Shown here: piece after piece, positions 37,174-47,006 of the stretch
How the letters are laid out: the number at the start of each line of letters is the position of its first letter
How positions within the stretch are numbered: position 1 is the stretch's first letter
Origin: an uncultured delta proteobacterium
Lineage (GTDB): Bacteria > Myxococcota > Myxococcia > Myxococcales > Myxococcaceae
DNA length: 64,000 nt
Reading direction: 5' to 3'
NCBI GenBank assembly: GCA_963776345.1
Contig: CAVZMH010000013.1
Location: 1-64,000, forward strand
Notes under the pieces: model-generated
Database searches by the model: none
What the model saw: the letters and a program-made list of their open reading frames with translations, nothing else
Told to the model about the DNA's origin: nothing
Position numbers and translations under genes: made by a program

Positions 37174-38358
37174 ATGATCGAGCGGCTGGTGTTCGGAACC
37201 GTCCCCAGGAAGCACCACATCCAGCTCCGGCTCGAGGGCGGCGCGCTGGCCTTCGAGGAGTGCTTCACCCAGGAGGGATTCGACGGCCCGTACACCATCG
37301 CTTACCACCAGCGGGCGCCGCACACCCAATCGCTGAGCGAGGCGAAGCACGGCTGGGCCCAGCCGGTGGACGCCGCCGAGGGCCGCCGGCTCGCCAAGCG
37401 CCACTACAAGACCCAGGACATGGCGCGGAGGGGCGGTGCGCCGGTGAACGCGCGCACCCCGCTGCTCTTCAACGCCGACGTGACGCTGGGGATGCTGTTC
37501 CCCGACCGTCCGGACCCGGTCTACGTGAGCAACGCCGACGCGGACGAGCTGTTCTGGATCCAGCAGGGGGGCGGGACGCTGCGGACGGCGCTCGGCGATG
37601 TGCGCTTCACCGCCGACGACTACCTGTTCGTGCCCCGCGGGCTCCTGCACCGGCTCCTCCCCGACGCGGGGCCCCAGGCCTGGCTGTGGATGGAGCTGAA
37701 TGGCGGCCTCCATCTGCCCCGCCAGTGGCGGAACGAGGTGGGCCAGTTGCGGATGGACGCCCCCTACAGCCACCGCGACTTCAAGCGGCCCGAGTTCAAG
37801 GGGCCGATGGACGAGGACATCCGCGAGCTGGTGGTGAAGAAGGGCGGCGCCTTCCACGGGTTCCGGTACCGGCACTCGCCGCTGGACGTCGTCGGGTGGG
37901 ACGGCACGGTCTACCCGTGGGCGTTCCCCATCCTGAACTTCCAGCCGCGGGCGGGCCTGGTGCACCTGCCGCCCACCTGGCACGGCACGTTCGCCGCGCG
38001 CGGGGCGCTGGTCTGCAGCTTCGTGCCCCGGGTGGTGGACTTCCATCCCGAGGCCATCCCCTGCCCCTACCCGCACGCGTCGATCGACTGCGACGAGTTC
38101 CTCTTCTATGCGCGGGGCAACTTCACCAGCCGCCGGGGCGTCGGCCCGGGGAGCGTGAGCCACCACCCGGCGGGCGTGGCGCACGGGCCGCATCCGGGCG
38201 CGTACGAGGGCAGCATCGGGCATCCGCGGACCGACGAGCTGGCGGTGATGCTCGACACCACGCTGCCGCTGAGGACCACCGCCGCGGCGCTGGCGGTCGA
38301 GGACCCGGGGTACCAGGACAGCTTCATCCCGGCGGGGGAGTCGTCCTCGAAGTCTTGA
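37174..38358 (+). CDS. hmgA: Homogentisate 1,2-dioxygenase
   Basis: NADADEL, HSPLDVVGWDG, HLPPTWHGTF, PYPH..DCDE, HGPHPG, ELAVMLDT. Confidence 0.92.
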   Translation: MIERLVFGTVPRKHHIQLRLEGGALAFEECFTQEGFDGPYTIAYHQRAPHTQSLSEAKHGWAQPVDAAEGRRLAKRHYKTQDMARRGGAPVNARTPLLFNADVTLGMLFPDRPDPVYVSNADADELFWIQQGGGTLRTALGDVRFTADDYLFVPRGLLHRLLPDAGPQAWLWMELNGGLHLPRQWRNEVGQLRMDAPYSHRDFKRPEFKGPMDEDIRELVVKKGGAFHGFRYRHSPLDVVGWDGTVYPWAFPILNFQPRAGLVHLPPTWHGTFAARGALVCSFVPRVVDFHPEAIPCPYPHASIDCDEFLFYARGNFTSRRGVGPGSVSHHPAGVAHGPHPGAYEGSIGHPRTDELAVMLDTTLPLRTTAAALAVEDPGYQDSFIPAGESSSKS

Positions 38359-38392
38359 CCTGAACGCCCGTTCACGTCCAGCATCCGGCCGC

Positions 38393-39421
38393 ATGAAGCC
38401 GCGCGCCTGGTCCAATCCGCCGAATCCCTTCGCCCCGACCGCGCTCGAGTACCTCGAGGAGGACCACCCGCGGGCCGCGGTGCACGTCTGGGACGACGCG
38501 ACGAAGGGCATCCTGGCCACCAACGACAGCCCCGACATCGGCTTCCGCTTCAGCGTGAATCCCTACCGGGGCTGCATGCATGCCTGCGCCTACTGCTACG
38601 CGAGGCCGGGCCACGAGTACCTGGGCTTCGGCGCCGGCACCGACTTCGACACCCAGGTGGTGGTGAAGCGCCGTGCGCCCGAGCTGCTCCGCGAGGCGTT
38701 CTGGAAGCCGTCCTGGACGGGTGAGCTGGTGGTCTTCAGCGGGGTGACCGACTGCTACCAGCCGCTCGAGGCGTCGCTCCGGCTGACCCGCGGCTGCCTC
38801 GAGGTCTGCGCCGAGTTCCGGAACCCGGTGGGCATCATCACCAAGTCGCCGATCATCGAGCGCGACCTCGACGTGCTCCAGGACCTCGAGCGGAACGCGA
38901 GCCTGAGCGTGGCCATCAGCCTGCCCTTCCACGACCAGGAGGTCGCCCGCGCGCTCGAGCCGGGGGTCGCCACCCCGCGTCGGCGCCTCCAGATCGTCGA
39001 GCGGCTCGCCGCCGCGGGCATCCGGGTCGGGGTCAGCATCGCGCCCATCGTCCCCGGCCTCGACGAGGGCGTGTCGCGGGTCCTGGCGGACGCGGCCAGC
39101 GCCGGCGCCCGCTTCGCCGGCTACGTGCTCCTGCGCCTGCCCGGGTCGGTGCGGCCCGTCTTCGAGCAGCGGCTGCGCGAGGCCCTGCCGCTGCGCGCGG
39201 AGAAGGTGCTTCACCGCATCCAGGAGACCCGCGGCGGCAAGATGTACGACTCGACCTGGGGGCTCCGTCAGCGGGGCGAGGGCCAGTACGCCGAGGCCAT
39301 CGCCGCGCTCTTCGCCGCGCAGGCCCGGAAGGTCGGCCTCGCGCCGCGCTGGCCGGACGAGACCCGGCCCGACACCTTCCGCGGCCCGGACCGTCCGGGG
39401 GACCAGCTCGCGCTGCTCTAG
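38393..39421 (+). CDS. Radical SAM protein, PA0069/Rv2578c family
   Basis: NPYRGCMHACAYCYARP (CxxxCxxC), TDCYQPLE. Confidence 0.9.
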   Translation: MKPRAWSNPPNPFAPTALEYLEEDHPRAAVHVWDDATKGILATNDSPDIGFRFSVNPYRGCMHACAYCYARPGHEYLGFGAGTDFDTQVVVKRRAPELLREAFWKPSWTGELVVFSGVTDCYQPLEASLRLTRGCLEVCAEFRNPVGIITKSPIIERDLDVLQDLERNASLSVAISLPFHDQEVARALEPGVATPRRRLQIVERLAAAGIRVGVSIAPIVPGLDEGVSRVLADAASAGARFAGYVLLRLPGSVRPVFEQRLREALPLRAEKVLHRIQETRGGKMYDSTWGLRQRGEGQYAEAIAALFAAQARKVGLAPRWPDETRPDTFRGPDRPGDQLALL

Positions 39422-39439
39422 GGAGCCCTGGCGCGGGCG

Positions 39440-41509
39440 CTACCAGACCTCGCAGCGGTTCTGCGCCACCATCCGGTCGCCCGCCTTGCACCCGAAGGCC
39501 TGCTGGAACTGGGGCAGGTTGGAGAGCGGGCCGTCGATCCGGAACCGCGGCGGCGAGTGGGGATCCACCGTCGCCCGCCGGCGGGCCTCCTCCGGGCGGG
39601 TGTTGGTGCACCAGGCCTGGGCGGCACCGAGGAAGAACTGCTGCTCCGGGGTGAACCGGCTCGGAGGCGCGGCGCGCTCAGGGTGGGCCCTGGCATAGGC
39701 CTGCATCGCGGCGAAGGCGAGCTTGAGCCCGCCCAGGTCGGCCACGTTCTCCCCGAGCGTCAGCGCGCCGTTCACGTGAAGGTCGTCCACCGCCACGTAG
39801 CCGTCGAACTGCTTCTTCACGCACTCGGCTCGCTCCACGAAGGCCTTGCCCGACTCGGGGGTCCACCAGTCGGCGAGGTTCCCCTTGGCGTCGAACTGGC
39901 GGCCCTCGTCGTCGAACCCGTGGGTGAGCTCGTGGCCCACCACCATGCCCATCGAGCCGAAGTTGACCGCGTCGGTCGCCTCCTTGTTGAAGAACGGAGG
40001 CTGGAGGATGCCGGCCGGGAAGACGATCTCGTTGAGCGGCGGCTCGTAGTAGGCGTTCACCGTCGGCGGGGTCATGAGCCACAGTCCCCGGTCGAGCGGC
40101 TTGCCGATCTTCTTGAGATCGCGGGCGTTCTCGTGGGCCATCGACCGCATGCGGTTGCCGAGGAACGTCCCGCGGTCGGTGACCAGCCCGTCGTAGGTCT
40201 TCCACCTGTCGGGGTAGCCGATCTTGTCGAACACCGCCTTCGCCTTCTCCCGGGCACGGGCCTTGGTCGCCGCGTCCATCCAGGCGAGCGTGTCCAGATT
40301 CGCCTGGAACGCCTCCTCGATCTCGTTGACCATCGACTTGGTGACCTGCTTCCCGTCCGCTCCGAAGGTCTGGTTGATGAACGGGACCGCCAGCGCCTCG
40401 CCCAGCGCATGGTCGGTCGCGTCGACGCACTTCTTCCACCGAGGCTGGTCCTCCTTGGCTCCGGTGAGAAACTTGCTCTCGAAGGCGAACGCCGCGTCCT
40501 GGAACTGCCTGGGAAGCGCGACCACCTGGGAGGAGACCAGCCGCCAGGTCAGGTAGCTCCGGAGCTGCGACCGCGGAGCCTTCCGCACCAGCGTCCCCAC
40601 CTCCGCGGCGAACGCGGGGTGGGTGACGTTCAGGGCCTGAACGCCTGGCGTTCCCACCGCGGCGAAGTAGTGCGCCCAGTCGAACCCGGCCGCGGTCCGC
40701 ACCAGGCCCTTCGGGTCGGTGCGGTGGTAGACCTTGTTCGGGTCGCGGCGTGACACCCGGTCGAGGCTCGCCTGCGCGAGCTTGGTTTCGAGGTCCATCA
40801 CCTGGTCGGCCTTCCTCGCCGCCGCCGCCGGAGCATCGCCGAGGAGCCCGAACATCTGCGCCACGTAGGCCCGGTAGCCCTCGCGGATCTCCTTCATCTT
40901 CGCGGAGTCGCTCAGGTAGTACTCGCGGTCGGGCAGCCCCAGCCCACCCTGGTCCACGATGCCGATGACCTGGGTCGCGTCCTTGGCGTCCTGGCCCGAC
41001 CCGTACCCGAACAGCGCCCTGGCGCCGTCGTCGTGGAGCCGCGCCACCTCGGTCGCCACCTGCTTGGAGGTGGTGACCCGGTCGATTCGCCGGATCGCGG
41101 TGCGCAGCTCCGGCAGCGCGTTCTCCAGCTTCGACTCGTCCATGCACGTCGCGTAGAAGTCGCCGAGCTGCCTGGCGTACGGAGTTCCCTCGGGCGCCTT
41201 CCCCTCGGCGACCGCCTCGAGGATCTCCTTGAGGATCTGCTGGTTGCGCTCCTCGATGACGTTGAACCCGCGCCCCCACTTGCTCCGGTCCGGCGGGATG
41301 GGCGTCGCCTTGAGCCAGCCGCCGCAGGCGAACTGGTAGAAGTCGTCACAGGGGTTGACCGACGGGTCCATGGCCGCGGCGTCGAGCCCCGCGGGCATCG
41401 GCGGCGGGGTCGGAGCGACAGCCGCCTTCGGAGCGGGCGGGGACGGGGCGGGGGCGGGCGCGGAGGCGCAGCCCGCTGCGAGCAGGGCGAGGACGAGGAG
41501 ACGCTTCAC
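39440..41509 (-). CDS. M13 family metallopeptidase (lipoprotein)
   Basis: AAGC lipobox, PCDDFYQFACGGW, VNAYY, GHELTHGFDD, GENVAD. Confidence 0.95.
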   Translation of the reverse strand: MKRLLVLALLAAGCASAPAPAPSPPAPKAAVAPTPPPMPAGLDAAAMDPSVNPCDDFYQFACGGWLKATPIPPDRSKWGRGFNVIEERNQQILKEILEAVAEGKAPEGTPYARQLGDFYATCMDESKLENALPELRTAIRRIDRVTTSKQVATEVARLHDDGARALFGYGSGQDAKDATQVIGIVDQGGLGLPDREYYLSDSAKMKEIREGYRAYVAQMFGLLGDAPAAAARKADQVMDLETKLAQASLDRVSRRDPNKVYHRTDPKGLVRTAAGFDWAHYFAAVGTPGVQALNVTHPAFAAEVGTLVRKAPRSQLRSYLTWRLVSSQVVALPRQFQDAAFAFESKFLTGAKEDQPRWKKCVDATDHALGEALAVPFINQTFGADGKQVTKSMVNEIEEAFQANLDTLAWMDAATKARAREKAKAVFDKIGYPDRWKTYDGLVTDRGTFLGNRMRSMAHENARDLKKIGKPLDRGLWLMTPPTVNAYYEPPLNEIVFPAGILQPPFFNKEATDAVNFGSMGMVVGHELTHGFDDEGRQFDAKGNLADWWTPESGKAFVERAECVKKQFDGYVAVDDLHVNGALTLGENVADLGGLKLAFAAMQAYARAHPERAAPPSRFTPEQQFFLGAAQAWCTNTRPEEARRRATVDPHSPPRFRIDGPLSNLPQFQQAFGCKAGDRMVAQNRCEVW

Positions 41510-41563
41510 GGTGCCTGGGGCTCCTTGGAGGTTCGAAGGGCCCGGCACCCTAGCGGAAAATCG

Positions 41564-42121
41564 TCAGCCGCCGAGCAGCTTCCGCTTCAGATCTGCATCC
41601 ACCGGGTCCGGGCCCAGCCACACCGAGAACAGCGCATCGGCGAAGTCCTTCCCCGGGATGACCGTCTCCTTCGCCACTCCGCCCATCACCACCCCCTTCT
41701 CGGGGACGTAGGTGAGCGAGAGCAGGTCGCCCTTCTTGAGGTCGGGGACGGCGGCGGCCAGCTGGTCCAGCCGGCCCTGGAGCGCCGGCATCTGGGCCTT
41801 GGACTGCTTCTCGAAGCCCTCGCGGATGGACTCGATGATCTTCTCCTTGCCCACGTCGCGGAGCAGGTGGAGGTCCATCCGCTTCGCCTGCTCGGACTTG
41901 ATGAGGTTGGCCGCGTTGAAGGTGGGCTTCTCGGCGTAGAGCGCCCCCGCGTAGACGTCGAACATCCACTTGGTCCGGACGCCGCCGCCGATGAGCCGGA
42001 GGGTCTTCCCGTCCTGGGTGAGCGTGTCCGGGACCTGCGTCCCGTCGACGTCCTTCGCCGCCACCGGGAACGCCACCAGCGAGCACAGCAGCACGACCGC
42101 CACGCGCAAGGTTCCAGACAT
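41564..42121 (-). CDS. Chalcone isomerase-like exported protein
   Basis: [43 protein letters not shown]. Confidence 0.85.
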   Translation of the reverse strand: MSGTLRVAVVLLCSLVAFPVAAKDVDGTQVPDTLTQDGKTLRLIGGGVRTKWMFDVYAGALYAEKPTFNAANLIKSEQAKRMDLHLLRDVGKEKIIESIREGFEKQSKAQMPALQGRLDQLAAAVPDLKKGDLLSLTYVPEKGVVMGGVAKETVIPGKDFADALFSVWLGPDPVDADLKRKLLGG

Positions 42122-42153
42122 CGTCGTCCCCTCCTGTGAATGCAGCTCGAGTC

Positions 42154-43246
42154 TCAGCCGTTGGCCTTGGCGAACGACTCCATGAAGGACACCAGCGTGC
42201 GGATGTTCGTCCGGGCTCACCGCGTTGTAGGCGCTGACGCGGATGCCGCCGGCGCTCCGGTGCCCCTTCAGGCCCACCATCCGCTGCTTCTTGGCCTCGG
42301 CGACGAAGCGGTCGTCGAGCTCCTCGGTACGGGAGCCGGAAGACGATGTTCATCGTGCTCCGGGCCGGCCTTCTCCACCGGCGCCCGGTAGAAGCCGCTC
42401 ATCCGGTCCAGCGCGCCGTAGAGGAGCTCGGCCTTCTCGGTGTTGCGGCGCTCCATCGCGGGCAGCCCGCCCTGCTCCTCGATCCAGGCCAGCACGTTCC
42501 GCATCAGGTAGATCCCGAAGGTGGGCGGCGTGTTGTAGAGCGAGTTGTTCTCCGCGAAGGTCGTGTAGCGGAGGATCTTCGGGATGTCCTTCCGCCCCTT
42601 GGCCATGAAGTCCTTCCGGATGATCACCACCGTCACGCCCGAGGGCCCCAGGTTCTTCTGCGCCCCGGCGTAGATCAGCCCGAAGCGCGAGACGTCGGTC
42701 GGACGCCAGAGGAAGTCGGACGACATGTCCGCCACCATCGGCACCGAGCCGACCTCCGGCCAGGCATGCCACTGCGTGCCGAAGATGGTGTTGTTGCTGG
42801 TGAGGTGGACGTAGGCCGCCTTGGGGTCGAGCTCGCAGCTCGGACTGCTTGGGGATGCGGGTGTAGCGCTTGTCCGGGTCGATGGTGGTCGCCGCCACGC
42901 GCGGGGTGCCGAGCAGCTTGGCCTCGTCGAGCGCCTTCTCGCTCCAGGTCCCGGTGAGGACGTAATCCGCCGAGCCGTCCTTCGGCAGGAAGTTCATCGG
43001 CACCATCGCGAACTGCAGCGACGCGCCGCCCTGGAGGAACAGCACTTGATGGGTGTCCGGGATGCCGAGGAGCCGGGTCAGGAGCGCGATGGCCTCGTCG
43101 TGGACGGCCTCGTACTCCTTGCCGCGGTGGCTGTGCTCGAGGATGGACATCCCCGAGCCCTTGAAGTCGATGAGCTCGTCCCGCGCGCGCTCCAGCGCCG
43201 GCAGCGGGAGGCCCGCCGGCCCCGCGTTGAAGTTGATGGCTCGCAT
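42154..43246 (-). CDS. serC: Phosphoserine aminotransferase, with several apparent frameshifts
   Basis: [46 protein letters not shown] and [15 protein letters not shown] are distributed over successive frames. Confidence 0.9.
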
Positions 43247-43293
43247 GCCGGGCCTTCTACACCCCGCGGGCGGGGGGTAGAAGCACAGTGCGC

Positions 43294-43827
43294 ATGGACC
43301 GGCCGCGGGTCTCGGCATTCCTCGGAGCGAGCCTGGACGGCTTCATCGCCGAGGCCGACGGCTCCCTGGGCTTCCTCAAGCCCTTCGAGCAGGAGGAGCA
43401 CGGGTACGCGGCCTTCTACGCAGGGGTGGACACGCTCCTCATGGGCCGAAAGACCTACGAGACCGTGCTCGGCTTCGGCGCCTGGCCCTTCGAGGGCAAG
43501 CGGGTCGCCGTCCTGAGCCGGAGCCCGCGGACGTCCCGGTTCGGCGAGCGCTTCCTCTCCGGCGAGCCCAGGGAGGTGCTGGCCACGCTCGCGGCGGACG
43601 GCGCGCGCCACGTCTACGCCGACGGCGGCGAGGTGGTGACGCAGTTCCTCGAGGCGGGCTGCCTGGATGCGCTGGTGGTCTCGGTCGTTCCGGCCGTGTT
43701 GGGGACGGGCATCCGTCTGTTCGCCCGCAGCCCCGGCCAGCACCGGCTCACGCTGGAGTCGGCGCAGGCGTACGACTCGGGGCTGGTGCAGCTCCGTTAC
43801 CGCGTCGCCGCTGGCTCGCGGAGCTGA
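43294..43827 (+). CDS. Dihydrofolate reductase/RibD C-terminal family protein
   Basis: [38 protein letters not shown]. Confidence 0.88.
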   Translation: MDRPRVSAFLGASLDGFIAEADGSLGFLKPFEQEEHGYAAFYAGVDTLLMGRKTYETVLGFGAWPFEGKRVAVLSRSPRTSRFGERFLSGEPREVLATLAADGARHVYADGGEVVTQFLEAGCLDALVVSVVPAVLGTGIRLFARSPGQHRLTLESAQAYDSGLVQLRYRVAAGSRS

Positions 43828-43969
43828 ACGAGCGAGGCGCGTCTCCAGCGCGCTTCACCGCGGCTGCGGGCACGACCACCTGGGTGGCGAGGTTCACGAC
43901 ACGAGATTGGCCCATCCAGGAAGCGGAAGTCGCCGGCCACCTCGGAGCCGGGGGATGGCAGGGCGTCGG

Positions 43970-45190
43970 CTAGAACGGATGCAGGAACAGACCCGAGCGC
44001 AGCTTCGGCTCGAACCAGGTCGACTTGGGCGGCATGATCTGCCCGGCGTCGCTGATGGTCAGTAGCTCCTGCATCGACGTGGGCCACAGCGCGAACGCCG
44101 CGCGGGCCTCGCCCCGGTCCACCCGGGCCTGCAGCTCACCCGTGCCCCGGATGCCGCCCACGAACTCGATGCGTGGGTCGCGCCGCGGGTCCTGGATGCC
44201 GAGGAGCGGGCCGAGCACCGCGTCCTGGAGGATGGAGACATCGAGCGCGCCGTGCGCGTCGGCCGGGATGGCGTCGGACCGGGTCACGAGCCGCCACCAC
44301 CGGCCGTCGAGGTAGAGCCCGAAGCGGTGCGGACCCTCGGGCTCGGGCCGCGCCGACGGAGCGACGTCGAACCGGGCGCGAAGCCCCTCGAGCAGCGCGG
44401 CGCTCCCGCCCGGCCCGAGGTCCTTCACCAGCCGGTTGTAGGGGAGGATCTGCAGCGCCTGGTGCGAGAAGACCACCGCCAGGAACCACGCCGCCTCCCC
44501 TCCCCCCTGCCCTCGCCCACGGAGCAGCGCCTCGACCCGGGCGGCGGCCGCGCTCCGGTGATGTCCGTCGGCGATGTACAGCGTGTCCACCTCCGAGAGC
44601 GCCGACTCGATGGCCGCATTCTCGGACGGCGGCAGCACCCACACCGTGTGTTCCACGCCGTCGTCGCTGCGGAAGTGGACGTCCGGAGCGCCTCCGGCGC
44701 CGCGGCGAACGACCGCGTCCACCGACGGACGGGCCCGGTAGGCCAGAAAGACGGGCTCGTCGTTCGCGCGCAGCGCCTCGATGTGCCGGGTGCGGTCGTC
44801 CTCCTTGTCCGCCCGGGTCAGCTCGTGGCGCTTGATGTCCCCGCGTCCGTAGGCCTCCACGCTGGCGCAGGCCACGAGGCCCGTCTGCTCGTGGGTCCCC
44901 ATCCTCTGCCGGTAGAGCGAGAAGCGGGGCGCGTCGTCGAGCAGGAGCCAGCCGTTCCGGCGGAACTCGTCCAGCGCCTGGCGCCCCTTCGCGTGCACCG
45001 CGTCCGAGTGCTCGTCCACCTCGGGCGGGAGGTCCACCTCGGGGCGGCTGATGCGGAAGAAGCTGTGCGCGTTCCCGGCGGCGAGCGCCCGTGCCTCGGA
45101 CGAGCTCACGACGTCGTAGGGAGGCGAGGCGATGCTGGAGGCCAGCGCCGGCGGCGGCCTGAGGGCACGGAAGGGGGCGAGGAGTCGCAT
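43970..45190 (-). CDS. DUF1015 family protein
   Basis: PPYDV, IKRHELT, YIADGHHRSAAA, MPPKSTWFEPKLRSGL. Confidence 0.9.
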   Translation of the reverse strand: MRLLAPFRALRPPPALASSIASPPYDVVSSSEARALAAGNAHSFFRISRPEVDLPPEVDEHSDAVHAKGRQALDEFRRNGWLLLDDAPRFSLYRQRMGTHEQTGLVACASVEAYGRGDIKRHELTRADKEDDRTRHIEALRANDEPVFLAYRARPSVDAVVRRGAGGAPDVHFRSDDGVEHTVWVLPPSENAAIESALSEVDTLYIADGHHRSAAAARVEALLRGRGQGGGEAAWFLAVVFSHQALQILPYNRLVKDLGPGGSAALLEGLRARFDVAPSARPEPEGPHRFGLYLDGRWWRLVTRSDAIPADAHGALDVSILQDAVLGPLLGIQDPRRDPRIEFVGGIRGTGELQARVDRGEARAAFALWPTSMQELLTISDAGQIMPPKSTWFEPKLRSGLFLHPF

Positions 45191-45485
45191 CGGCGGTCCC
45201 GGCGCTTCTAGCAGGCCGGGCGAGATTCCGGTCGCTTCCGAGAGGCTTCCACGCACCTCCAGTGACAGTCTTGCGAACGCGTCTCGTGCGCTGGCGGCGG
45301 CGCCTCGGCCGAGCACCCCCGGACCTCTCGCGATACCCCCTCCACGGTCGTGGCCAGGGCGAGGGCCCCTCCCGGGGTGGCAAGCGCCGGGGTACCGGCG
45401 TCGGCCACGGTCGCCGGGACCTCGCGGCCGCGCGCGTCCGCCGCCGCGCTGGCTCCGACTGGCGGCTCCTCGCTCCTCCTGCGTC

Positions 45486-47006
45486 TCAGTCACCTTCGGA
45501 TGCCGGCCGGTAGAGCGACAACCGTTCGCCGGTCGATTCACCCGGGAGCGGGCGGAGGACGACGACATCGGGCTCGGCGAGGACCAGCGCCGTCCCGTAC
45601 GCGACGAGGCTCGCCGGGGGCGGTCCCGTCTCGACGTCCGGCCGGCCGACGAGCACCGGCCGGCCGCTCCGGAGCGAGGCCGCCCAGTCCGGACGGCGGT
45701 TCCACTCCCCCTCCCGGGGGACCGGGATGACCGTCCACGGCGGCAGCAGCGCCGCCAGGGCATAGGTCCACCAGTAGCCACCGACGTACACCGCGCCCGG
45801 GAAGCGCCGGCCAATCTCCTCCGCGGCGGGGCGGAGCACCGACTCGCGCGGGTCGGGGCCGGCGCGCGGGACGCCGAGCACCAACGCCGCCAGGGCCAGC
45901 GCCGCGAGGACGCCCGCGCCTGCCTGGGGCCGGCGCCGCTCGACCAGGGCCCGGACCAAGAGCCCGGCGGCGACGGAGACGCCGAGCACCGCAAGCGCCA
46001 GACCCACCCCGAGGTAGCGAGGGGCGTACGCGTTGTCCCGCACGTGCCGCACGGCCACCACGACGAGCAAGGACGTCGCGCAGCCCGCCCCGGCCCCGAC
46101 GACCGTGCCGCGCCCGGAGTCCCATGGACGGGCGCGCCCGGCCACCAGCGCCACCGCCGCGCAGGCCAGCGCCGCGACCAGCCACGGCACGGCCTCCACG
46201 CTCCAGGCGACCCTGGCGACCTGTCCGAGATTCTCGACCAGGTGCCCGGCGTCGAGGCGTGCCGGGGTGCGGACGTCACGCCAGCCGCGAGCCCGGATCG
46301 CCGCGTGCCAGGCGGTGCGCACCCCCCACTCGACGAGCGCGCCACCGAACGCGGGGACCACCAGCAGCGCCCGCCGTCGGCCGGGAGCGCGGGCTCCGGC
46401 GCCCTCGAGGAGGCCGAGCATGAGCAAGAGCGGCGCGCTCACCAGCGAGGTCCAGCTCGCGAGGGCCGCCGCCACCGCAGCGAGCGCAAGCCAGCCGCCC
46501 GCGCGCTCGCCCCGGGACGCCCGGCGCAGGCCCCACCAGGCCCAGAGCAGGGCCGGAAGCTGCCAACCATCCACGGTGCCGAGGTCCGTCAGCACGCTCC
46601 CCAGAAGCGGGTTCAGCGCTGGCAGGAGCAGGAGCCCGGCGCCCGCCACCACCCCGGCGCGCCCGGCGAGCGCGATCCACGGCCACAGCGCGGCGGTCAT
46701 CCAGAGCGTCCGGAGCACGTGCATCGCATGCGGCGTCCAGGCCCGGCCCACCAGCGCGCCACCGGCCCGGGCGAGCAGGAACGGCCAGCTCCCGAACCGG
46801 TCCTGTCCCCAGAAGAGCCAGTCCACCGGGGCGCCGGTGGCGAGGTTGGACATCAGCACCGGGATGGCACTGTCGGAGTTGTAGAGCCCCTCGGGCGGGA
46901 CCGGGCCGAGGAAGGGCAGCGTGCGCCACAGGACGACCGCCCCCATCGCCCCGAGCACGAGAGCCATTGTCGTCCGCTCCGAAGTCAGCGAAAAGCGCGC
47001 GCGCAC
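45486..47006 (-). CDS. Polytopic membrane protein, possibly a GT-C-type glycosyltransferase
   Basis: Multiple hydrophobic segments; first-loop YNSDSAIP..FWGQDRFG motif. Start uncertain. Confidence 0.6.
   Translation of the reverse strand: MRARFSLTSERTTMALVLGAMGAVVLWRTLPFLGPVPPEGLYNSDSAIPVLMSNLATGAPVDWLFWGQDRFGSWPFLLARAGGALVGRAWTPHAMHVLRTLWMTAALWPWIALAGRAGVVAGAGLLLLPALNPLLGSVLTDLGTVDGWQLPALLWAWWGLRRASRGERAGGWLALAAVAAALASWTSLVSAPLLLMLGLLEGAGARAPGRRRALLVVPAFGGALVEWGVRTAWHAAIRARGWRDVRTPARLDAGHLVENLGQVARVAWSVEAVPWLVAALACAAVALVAGRARPWDSGRGTVVGAGAGCATSLLVVVAVRHVRDNAYAPRYLGVGLALAVLGVSVAAGLLVRALVERRRPQAGAGVLAALALAALVLGVPRAGPDPRESVLRPAAEEIGRRFPGAVYVGGYWWTYALAALLPPWTVIPVPREGEWNRRPDWAASLRSGRPVLVGRPDVETGPPPASLVAYGTALVLAEPDVVVLRPLPGESTGERLSLYRPASEGD

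Noticed and set aside
34368..38358. Tyrosine catabolism cluster as a novel pathway
   Set aside because: Standard homogentisate pathway genes in an ordinary operon.
42154..43246. serC as a true pseudogene or programmed frameshift (likewise the CDF, amidohydrolase, DUF72 and response-regulator genes)
   Set aside because: Single-base shifts are scattered across unrelated genes whose motifs are otherwise intact, and no slippery sites are evident. Long-read indel error is the simpler explanation, though reads are needed to confirm.
45132..47006. 1157-aa ORF 45132-48605 as one protein
   Set aside because: The first 625 codons are antisense to the 45486-47006 membrane protein; only the part from about 47007 looks coding.
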